NCBI GenBank assembly: GCA_013239625.1
Contig: MU053472.1
Location: 3,430,859-3,450,858 of the forward strand
Direction of reading: 5' to 3'
Source of the DNA: Lama guanicoe
Taxonomy: Eukaryota
DNA length: 20,000 nt
In this document: piece after piece, positions 11,110-20,000 of the stretch
Layout: every line of letters begins with the position of its first letter
How positions within the stretch are numbered: the stretch's first letter is position 1
Program-made: the position numbers and the translations under genes
Notes under the pieces: generated by a model
The model's input: only the letters and a program-made list of their open reading frames with translations
What the model was told of the DNA's origin: nothing
Database searches by the model: none

Positions 11110-13060
11110 ACTTGTAAAACTAAAACTCTACTCATAAAACTCCCCACAACGAATCTCCTATCTCCCCATTTCCTCCTACCCCAACCTTTGGCAAGCACCA
11201 TTCTACTTTCTGTCTCTATGATTTTGACTACACTAAGTACCTCATATAAGGGAAATCATACAATGTTCATCCTTTTGTAATTGACTTTTCATTTAGCATA
11301 ATTTCCTCAAGATTCATCCATGTTGTAGCATGTGTCAGAATTTTATTCCTTTTTCAGGCTGAACAATATTCCATTGTATGCATATATCATATTTGCTTAT
11401 CCATTCATCTGTCGATGGACACTTGGATTACTTCAACATCTTAACTATTGTGAAAAATGTTGCTATGAACATAGGTGTACAGTATCTCTTTAAGACTCCG
11501 CTTTCAATTCTTTGGGGTATATACACAGAATTGGAATTGCTGGTTCATATGGTAATTCTATTTTTCATTTTTTGAGGCCATCCTACTGTTTCCAGAGAGC
11601 TGTACCATTTTACATTCCCACAAACAGTACACAAGGGTTCTAATTTCTCCAGATCCTCGCCCACACCTATTATTCTCTGTCTTCTTTTCGTTGGTAGCCA
11701 TCCTAATAGGTGTGAGGTTGTATCTCATTATAGTTTTGATTTGCATTTCCCTAATAATTAGTGATGTTGAGCATATTTTCATGTGCTTCTTGGCTGTTTG
11801 CATATCGTCTTTGAAGAAATATTTATTCAAGTATTTTGCTCAGTTTTGAACTGGGTTTGTTTTTTTATTGTTGAGCCTTAGGAGTTTTCTATATATTCTG
11901 GATATTAATCCCTTCTCAGGTATATGATTTACAACTATTTTCTTCTACTCTCTGGGTTATTTTTTTTAGTCTGTTGATAGTGTATTTTAATGCACAAAAT
12001 TTTTAATTTTCATAAAGTCCAGTTTGTCTGTTTTTCCTTTTGTTGCCTATGCTGCTGGTGCCATATCCAAGAAATTATTGTAAAATACAATGTAGTAAAG
12101 CTTTCACCCTAGATTTTCTTCTAGGAGTTTTACTGTTTTAGAGCTTACATTTTAGTCTTTGATCCATTTTCAGTAAACTTTTGTATATGGTATTAGATAA
12201 GGGTCCAACTTCATTCTTTTGCATGTGGACATCCAGTTTTCCCAGCACCATTTGTTGTAAAGACCTTTCTTTACCTATTAATGGTCTTGGCACCCTTGCC
12301 AAAAATAAGTTCACCATATACGCGAGGATTTATTTCTAGGCTCTCTATACTATTCCATTGGACTTTGTATCTGTCTCTATGCAGTACCACAATTGTTAAA
12401 TTATTGAAGCATTATAGTAAGCTCAGGAAGTCTGAGTCCTCTGGTTTTCTGTTTTTAATCCAAGTTTATTTTAGCGCTATTTGGGGTCCCTTGAGATTCC
12501 ACATGAATTTTACGGTAGGTTTTTCTATTTCTGCAAAAAACATACCTGGGATTTTGATGGGAATTGCACTGAATCTATATTTCACTTTGGGTAGATATCT
12601 TAACAAATTACATATTCCAATGCACAAATATGGAATACATATTTGTCTTCTTTAATTTCTTTCAGCAATGTTTTATAGTTCATTGTAAAAGTCTTCTACC
12701 TCCTTGGTTAAATTAATTCCTAAGTATTTTATTCTTTTTGATCCTATTGTAGATGGAATTGTTTTTGTAATTCCCTATTCACATTGCTCATGTATGGAAA
12801 TGCAACTGATTTTTGTGTGTTGACTTTGTATCCTGCTGCTTTTCAGAATTCATTTACTAATTCTAACAGATTTCTTTTATGTGTGTGTGTGTGTGTGCGC
12901 AATCTTTAGGGTTTTCTACATATAAGCTCATGTCACCTGCAAACAGATCATTATACTTCTACCTTTCCAATTTGGATGCCTTTTATTTCTTTTTCTTGAC
13001 TAAGTGCTCTGACTAGAACATTCAATACTATGATGAATAGAAGTTGTAAAAGTGGGCAGT
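11110..13060 (-). mobile_element. LINE-1 (L1MB-like) 3' ORF2 and 3' UTR fragment
   Basis: Minus-strand ORF2 C-terminal peptide [45 protein letters not shown]; 3' UTR motif 'accattctactttctgtctctatgattttgactacactaagtacctcatataag'. Confidence 0.92.
12880..12897 (+). repeat. (TG)9 microsatellite inside L1
   Basis: tgtgtgtgtgtgtgtgtg read directly. Confidence 0.95.
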
Positions 13061-15149
13061 TCTGTGTTGACTAGAAGAGGTGATAGCTGTTCTCACTTTA
13101 TGGTTCAGTTGACTGCCTGGGGTCTTAAAGATATCAACATCCCAGTTTACTTAATAAAATTTTCTATCTTATGACTACAGCTTATAAAAACAATGTCTTT
13201 TCTATATTTTATCTAGATTTAGATTTTGGATTCAAGAAGCAAAGATCATACATGAGCTCAAATCTTTGAAAGTATCTAAATAAATGTTTCTTTTTTTTTG
13301 CCCATAGTCAAAACTTTATTGAAAAACTGACACCAAAATAGGTGAGCATTGCTGTATATGTTACAAAATTAAACAAAACTACATTATCTTGGTAGGTTAA
13401 CTAGAATTACTGAACTGATAAGGCTTTCTGCGATATCACACAAATTCAGGAAGCTGTGTGATCATTAGTGCTGCTCTCTTTACAATGAACACCCGTCTGT
13501 AAGTCTGGCCTTTCCTCCTGTTGGCTGGCACAGCACCGTTGAACAACCCACACAAAGCACCACTGTCTGAGCATGGCTTAAAACTGTGGTAATCTTGTAG
13601 CAATCTGGACATCTTACATTCTTAAAATATGAATTTGGACTTTGAACCAGTTGTTTCTTTTTGTTTTTTCTTTTCCTCTTCCAAGGAAGGATGCAGTAAA
13701 TCTCTAGTCAAAGGCATGTCTGACTGTTTCACCTACCCAGCCCGTCCAGATCTCCAAGGCTAAATAAGTGTTTCTTATTCAGTTTTTTGGAAGGCTGAAT
13801 TTTTAAGGTATGTTTTGTTTGTAAATAGCTTCTTCAGGAAAGTTAAGGTAGGTAAAAAGCACCAAACTAAAATCATAAATTAAACATTAAAAGTCACATT
13901 GAGATAGTACAGCATTAAATCTAGCCTTACATTAAAAAGGATTTTCTTTACTTGACACAAATTCCAGTCACCTAAGTAATCTCTACCTGATAAAGGAATA
14001 TGCCCTTAGGAATTCTACTGGTTAAATAGTTCAATTTCTCAAGGAACTGTTTTTAAATAAGCCTTAAATATGCACCAAAACCCCAATAAAGCTGGCAGCT
14101 TCAGGAAAGCTTAATTACCCTTATTCTTTTAACCATCCAAAGAAACCAATCCAGTGACGACCTTAGTACTTATTACCTGCTGTGAGCACAGTCAAATGGA
14201 TTCCCCACTGTTAAATTCAGAAAATAAACTAGGGAAGAAAATCAAGAAAAGAAAAGAAATAGGAATGAAGACAGGGGAAGTAACAAAATATAGCAACAAG
14301 GGACAAAATAAGAATATCAGCCTGGCTTTTGTTACTGAGAAATTTGAGAAATTATTTTCAGGAACTATATAAAAAACATCTAGGAAAATACCTTTGTTCA
14401 TCATGGTACAATTTGGCTTTGAAATGATCCAATAAGGTCAATAAATAAAAACTGAAAAAACTTAAAAAAAAAAAAGATAATCGTAAAAGTTTTTTTAGGT
14501 AAAGAACCATAACAGTACAAAGCATTGTGTTATTCTCATAATGAAAAGAAGAAATAATTGTCAACTGACACTGTAGCAGGGTTCAAAATCATTTTGCTTT
14601 CCAGCTATAGCTTCCCTTCTGAAGTCACCATAAAATTGGTTCTGTGCTATTTAAGTAAAGCCAAGAGCAGTGGCATCAAGCTGAGTGAATCTGATTGCAG
14701 AGAACTATTGTCTGTTTTAAACTGGTTTTTGGAAAGATGTCTCCTTAATGGAAATGCTGAGTTATAACCTTAACCATAGTAATGCCTCTGGGCATCGCCT
14801 CAGGAAAAACTATCATAGAAGTAAATGGACTGAAAGAAATATAGGAGAATGGATGTTATATTTGAAAAGTGCTATAATGCTTTCGCTAGGAAAACAAACA
14901 AATAAATAGATAATAACAATGGCAACAACAACAATAATAAAAATAATCTCTAGGTCTCACCAGAAAAAAAGAAATTTCAACACATTTAATTTCCAGTGAA
15001 TATCGATAGTTCTCATACTTACTGAAGGAATCTCTGTTAACTAGCCAATTAGTCATATATCATATCACATATTTGTATGGTACTCTGTTTACAAAAGGTT
15101 TTCACATATATTATCCTTTATCAAACCCTGTGGGATAAGTACAATGGCA

Positions 15150-15297
15150 TTAAAACATAAAATCACAAAATTGGAAGGAATCATAGGAATTCTCTAGTAA
15201 ACTTCTAAATTTACAGGTAGGAATTCTTTGTATAGTATCCATAACATCTGATTAATTAGCTTCTGTTATAATTTCTGTAGTGACAGGGAATTATCAA
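15150..15297 (-). mobile_element. CR1/L3-like LINE 3' fragment
   Basis: 'ggaattctttgtatagtatccataacatctg...agcttctgttataatttctgtagtgacagggaatt' resembles the recalled antisense L3 3' end. Confidence 0.45.
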
Positions 15298-15384
15298 GAT
15301 TTATGAAGAATGAACAAGGCTAAACTGGGTATTTACTTAAATAGGATCAGGAAAGCAGGGCAACAGAAAACTTAACCTCTATCA

Positions 15385-15730
15385 GCTATTTTCTGCTTAT
15401 TGAGAATTTATTATGTGCCAGGCAGTTTTTATGTATATAATCTCATTTAATCTTTACCAACAACCTGTAAAGAGCAGCAATTAACTGCTTAATTGGAACA
15501 TTTTGCTAGAAACTATTCTTTCCCCAAACTACGTAATGACCTTTAAAATCTATCTAAATGCAGCACCTCTGAGAATGCATGTTAAATAGCAGACACAGAG
15601 GAAGATATGATTATTTCCATTTTATAGATGTGAAAAGTGAGTTAAGCAAATTACTCATATTTAGGAAGTAATGGGACAGAACCTAGAACACAGATTTTCA
15701 ATCTACTAGTCCAATATTAATTCCATTCCA
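15385..15730 (-). mobile_element. MIR SINE split in two (about 15385-15472 and 15605-15730)
   Basis: 'tattgagaatttattatgtgccaggcag...atctcatttaatctttaccaacaacctgt' and 'attatttccattttatagatgtgaaaagtgag' are consecutive antisense MIR segments. Confidence 0.75.
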
Positions 15731-16013
15731 CCTTGCATAGTAGATAAGCTACAATGCATTTTAAAAGAGATAAACATTTTAAAAGTCCCTTAAGTTTACA
15801 ATAAAAATAAAACTTTGGGGCTATAATAATATATATCCCAATATAATTGAGATAATTCAACTCTGAGTTGGATGAGACTTACAAAGATATGAAATTTAGG
15901 ACTGTTCAAATTAACAAACTACTGACCATATGTAATTCAGTATAGTCTTTGGTCACTGCAACTACTGATACGATATACTTGTGGATTATACTACAAAACA
16001 GGCACAAACAAAG

Positions 16014-16065
16014 CCTGCCTCCTCTTCCTTTCTCTTTCTTTCCCTCTCTTCTCTCACCCTCTCTT
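16014..16065 (+). repeat. CT-rich low-complexity tract
   Basis: cctgcctcctcttcctttctctttctttccctctcttctctcaccctctctt read directly. Confidence 0.8.
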
Positions 16066-16275
16066 ATACACGCACCACAAAAAGACAATAACCTCTGACG
16101 CTAAGTAGTGAATAATTGTGGAAGATAAGGAGAAATGTCAAAAATCTAGATTTAAATTAACTTTGCCACAGATTATGTGTACTGTTAGTACAGTATATGG
16201 AAAAGTCATAAAGTAGACAAAGCTTTCTCAAAAATCAGGTTTTGTTCACATGTTATCTCTATATCAAAATCAGTT

Positions 16276-16872
16276 CATCACATCATTATCAACATGACAT
16301 CCCTGGTAATATTAACCTTGACCACTTGGTTAAGACAGTGTGTACGATGTTCCTCTATATACTTTAATTTGAAAGTGAGTCAGCATTAAAAGGCAGGGAT
16401 GGAGTTAACTCCACCTCCTGGAAAAGGGTGCTTCAATTCTGTATATTCTTCTAAAAAAAACTATAGCCCTAGTCTAGTCATTTTGAAACATTATCAGATA
16501 AACACAATTGAAGAACATTCTATAAAACACCTAGCCAGAGTTCCTTAAGACTGTCAAGGTCATAGGAAACAGTGAAAGACTGAGCAACTGTCATAGACCA
16601 GAAGGGATTCAGGAAACATGATGATTAAGTACAATATGGTATCCTGGACTGGATCCTGAAACAGAAAAGGGACATTAGCAGAAAAACTGTGAAATTCAAA
16701 TTAAGTCTAGAATTTAGCTAATAGTAATGTATCAATGCTGGTTTCTCAGCTTTGTCAGTAATGTAAGATGAAAATATTAGGGGAAATTTGGTTAGAGGTA
16801 GATGAGAATATTATTTTAACAGCTTCCTATAAATCTAAAATTATTCAAAACAAAAAAGTTTATTTTAAAAAA
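16276..16872 (+). mobile_element. Ancient L1 (L1MC/L1MD-like) 3' UTR with inverted 5' segment (16276 to ~16425 minus; ~16425-16872 plus)
   Basis: Plus part: 'atcagataaacacaattgaagaacattcta...ggtatcctggactggatcctgaaacagaaaagggacattag...taaatctaaaattattcaaaacaaaaaagtt' plus A tail. The minus part reverse-complements to 'ccaggaggtggagttaactcc...cttaaccaagtggtcaaggttaatattacc...gatgtgatg'. Confidence 0.8.
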
Positions 16873-16909
16873 CCCACTCAAGGCTGCATACTTACAAACT
16901 TAATGCCAT

Positions 16910-17290
16910 TACATTGCTGACCACCTCCTACAATTCTAGTCTGTCTTCAATCCACTCCAGCCATCCTGGCCTCCTGGTTATTTCTCAAACATACCAATCA
17001 TGCACTCCCTTCAGGCCCGTTGTTCCTTGCTTCATTGCCTCTCTGGGATGATCTTTCAGATGTTCATATGGCTCACGCCCTCATTTCCTTCAAGTCTTTG
17101 TCAAATGTAACATTATTAAAGAGGATTTTCTTACCGACTTTGTATAAAAAACAGCTCCTTACCATTTTTCTTATTACTTATTTGTGAATATATTTTCTGT
17201 CTCCCTCTTGTCCTCCACAGGGGCACAGTCAGTTTTGTTCACTGCTTTTATCTCCAGCACCTAGAACAGTATCTAAAAACAGATTTTAAA
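16910..17290 (+). mobile_element. LINE2 (L2a-like) 3' fragment
   Basis: 'ccactccagccatcctggcctcctgg...atggctcacgccctcatttccttcaagtctttg...tttgttcactgctttatctccagcacctagaacagta'. Confidence 0.85.
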
Positions 17291-18194
17291 AAATCCTTCA
17301 GGGATATCTGCATCTTAACAAGAACAAAACCTCAAATCAAAGGAACAAACCTCTGGTGTTGTAATTTTAGACATCATTATTAACTAGTAGAAGTATTTAA
17401 AAATAGAACAGCCTTCAAACACCCCTTGAAATCATATGCAGATTATTGCTTACTTCATTTAGTCCTAAGGCCCATATTATTCTTTAGTACACGAGAAGTG
17501 CTTAAAGGTTATCCCCTATTCTTGCGTTACAGTGAAAAACGAAGGAAGAAATGTACAGAGACTTTTCAAAATTAATATGATCAGAGCCAAAGTAGAAAAT
17601 TAAAGCTGCCTTTCTGAATATGTACATTATGGAGAGGACAACCTCAAACAACTTTGGAACAGTGATATTTTTAAACAGGAAAGGCTCATATCTAAAACTA
17701 ATTTCTCAGATTTGGTAGAAGCATGTTATTCAGACAATAATGGTGCCAAATTATATTCTTAAATTTCTTTAATTTTATTAAAATTAATTCTTTAATTTTA
17801 GATTTTAATTTGAATGACCAAAGCCTAAGAGCCAGTTTTAATTCAGATGGTCATATTAAAATCTACCTGTTTCTAGATGATATTGTACAGCATCTGGCAC
17901 AGTAACCCATCTGCACCCAGCGAAGCATCACAAACTCAAAGTGTTCTTGCGTCAGCAAGCCAACTGCTTCCACTATATCACATTCCCACTCTCTGCCAAA
18001 CTGTTTACGCATCAGGCAAGGTTGCTAAAAATGAACTAAAATGGTTCTCGGAAGCAAAAAGTGTTTTATTCGAATTAAGATCCAAGATACTGCTCAGGTG
18101 AACTCCAAAGGCATCAATATACCTGGGATCACTAACAAAGCTGTGCCAGCCCACATGTTCCTGCTGCAGGTTATTATAATGGATGAAAAGTCTG

Positions 18195-18320
18195 ATGAAT
18201 CATTCATTTATTCAACTAATATTTACCAAGTGCCTGCAAAACATCATAAAATGATCCCTTTGTGTGCTGTGCATAGAAAAATATATAACCCAGTGACCAC
18301 CCTCAAGTAGTTACAGTCCT
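18195..18320 (-). mobile_element. LINE2 3' end fragment
   Basis: 'tcattcatttattcaactaatatttaccaagtgcct...accctcaagtagttacagtc' matches the antisense L2 tail. Confidence 0.7.
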
Positions 18321-18344
18321 TTAAAAGAATTAAAACATAATTCT

Positions 18345-18480
18345 ACTTTACAAGTCTTTCTTATACAGTATTTCACTTGATCAGGCTTGGCAGATATTAT
18401 CATCTCTATTTGACAGATGAAGAAACTTAAGTTGAAATAGGTTAAGAATCTTGCCCAAATAAAAGAGCAAGTGGTAGGTC
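18345..18480 (-). mobile_element. MIR SINE fragment
   Basis: 'gcagatattatcatctctatttgacagatgaagaaacttaag...aggttaagaatcttgcccaa' matches the antisense MIR core. Confidence 0.75.
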
Positions 18481-18754
18481 GGTATAGTTATAATCTATAG
18501 GAGATCAGAGGAGGTAGAAATTACTTTTAGCAAGGGTAGTAATTGTTTCCCTATAGGCTGGTATTTTTACACTTTGAATCTGATTTACAGACTTAATCTT
18601 AAACAGACTTAATTGTGCCCCAAATTCAAAAGGTCTTTCTCACAGCACACCACTACCCTTCTCCCAAATTAGCTGCATGTCTAGAAGAACTGACCAGCTA
18701 GCACATCATGATGAAAAGCATTGGCTTTGAATGTGGATTAAAATCTGTGTTTTG

Positions 18755-19300
18755 ACTGTCACTGCTCATGGATGACTTGATACTATATATAGAAAACCCA
18801 TAGAAGCAACCAGAAAACTACTAAAGCTCATCAATGAATTTGGTAAAGCTGCAGGATACAAAATTAATACCCAGAAATCAGTTGCATTTCTATATACTAA
18901 CAACAAAATAGCAGAAAAGGAAGTTAAGGAAACAATCCCCTTACCATCACACCCAAAAGAATAAAATACCTAGGAATAAACCTACCCAAGGAGGCAAAGG
19001 ACCTGTACTCTGAGCTATATGACACTGATGAAAGAAATTGAAGATGACATAAACAGATCGAAAGATATACCATGTTCTTGGATTGGAAGGATCAATATTG
19101 TTAAAATGGCCATACTACCCAAGGCAACATACACAACACAGAGTACTAACCACTATACAATCACAGTGAGCTACCAGGGACCTGTCCAAGGCAACATACA
19201 GATTCAATGCAGTCCCTGTCAAACTACCAATGATATTTTTCACAGAGCTGGAACAAAAATGTTAAAATTTGTATGAAACACAAAAGACCCCAAATAGCCA
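18755..19300 (+). mobile_element. Internal LINE-1 ORF2 (RT region) fragment
   Basis: Degenerate FADD motif (LLMDDLI), then LLKLINEFGKAAGYKIN and [35 protein letters not shown]. No 3' UTR or tail. Confidence 0.92.
19134..19185 (-). pseudogene. Tailless retropseudogene: 5' half of tRNA-His(GTG) with an 18-nt 5' extension
   Basis: Reverse complement acaggtccctggtagctc-ACTGTGATTGTATAGTGGTTAGTACTCTGTGTTG versus tRNA-His nt 1-34 GCCGTGATCGTATAGTGGTTAGTACTCTGCGTTG (30/34). Perfect 15-bp direct repeats ccaaggcaacataca at 19119-19133 and 19186-19200. Confidence 0.92.
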
Positions 19301-19608
19301 ACTGTTCACTAAAATTGTCTTTGTCAAGGTCACCAATGACTTACCAATCTAATGATAATTCCTCAATTCTCATTTTATTTGACTTATTGGTAGCATTTGA
19401 TACAATCTCTCCCCTCCTTCTTGATATAATTTCTGGGCCACCATCCTCTCTTGGTTTCTCTAATAATTGGTGATGTCCTTCTCAGTCTTGTTTGCTGGTT
19501 CCTCTTCTTGTTTCTGACTTCTAAACATTAGAGTATCCCAGGGCTCAGTCCTTGAACCAGTGTTATTGCCTACACTTACTCTTGTCTTGTGGCTTTAAAA
19601 ATCACTAT
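19301..19608 (+). mobile_element. LINE2 RT-region fragment
   Basis: 'ttgtcaaggtcaccaatgac' (VKVTND), ILILFDLLVAFDT and 'gagtatcccagggctcagtccttg' (VPQGSVL-like) are L2 RT motifs. Confidence 0.85.
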
Positions 19609-19611
19609 TTC

Positions 19612-20000
19612 CTACACTTCCGGGCAAGATGGCGGAGTAGAAGGACGCTTGTAAGTCACCCTCTCCCACAAATACACCAAGACCCACATCTGCAGACCCA
19701 CTCAGCCAACCAGAGCACCTGCGGAACTCCGACAGATCATCGCCCTCTTCAAAAGATAAAGACGCCAAAAATCTGGTAGGAGAAAAGGAAAAAAGAAAGA
19801 ACAAAAGGCAAAGCAGCGCGGGACGGGTCCCGCGGGGAGGGAGCGGCAAAGGAGGACTGGCGCTTGCTCGCTGGGTCTCCCCTCTCCAACTGAGAGGCCA
19901 GCGGGACGGAGGGGGAGCCTCCAAGGCTCGGATCTGTACAGAGCAGCCCTTGTCTGACAGAACTAAGTTAAACGGGCACAGAGCGTCCCCCCGACACCCA
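19612..20000 (+). mobile_element. 5' UTR of a young, probably full-length LINE-1 (continues beyond the window)
   Basis: Abrupt switch to CpG-rich DNA beginning cacttccgggcaagatggcggagtagaaggacg...tcaccctctcccacaaatacacc, typical of L1 5' ends. Preceded by an endonuclease-like TTT/AAAA site at 19594-19600. Confidence 0.85.
19616..19635 (+). promoter_or_regulatory. L1 internal promoter motifs: ETS-like ACTTCCGG (19616-19623) and YY1 site CAAGATGGCGG (19625-19635)
   Basis: Motifs read directly; a YY1 site within the first ~20 nt is an established L1 5' UTR feature. Confidence 0.75.

Noticed and set aside
19595..19924. Antisense ORF in the young L1 5' UTR (ORF0-like?)
   Set aside because: Open frames are common in GC-rich DNA, it runs past the element's 5' end, and I see no similarity to primate ORF0.
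1..20000. CRISPR array, operon or prokaryotic defence system
   Set aside because: The sequence is mammalian and repeat-rich; there are no regularly spaced repeats or long intact ORFs.

Overview
Mammalian, repeat-rich intronic or intergenic DNA with no intact protein-coding gene. The two tRNA-derived SINEs resemble those I recall from camelid genomes, so the taxon is an inference. Most of the window is decayed retroelements: L1 of several ages, HAL1-like, L2, MIR, CR1/L3 and SINEs. An old + strand L1 (about 1745-6755) is interrupted in its ORF2 endonuclease region by a ~1.9 kb processed pseudogene of THAP4. The copy has TSDs and an A tail, but it lacks the nitrobindin domain and ends in an unrelated ~500 nt 3' sequence, suggesting a THAP-only transcript isoform. 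A 52-nt tailless retrocopy of the 5' half of tRNA-His(GTG), with an 18-nt 5' extension and perfect 15-bp TSDs, sits inside an L1 fragment at 19119-19200. An ancient L1 3' end shows a twin-priming-type inversion, and the CpG-rich 5' UTR of a young L1 starts at about 19612 and runs off the window. I see no convincing new multi-gene system; the most novel signals are these retrotransposed RNA fossils. All family assignments come from my recall of consensus sequences, not from database searches.
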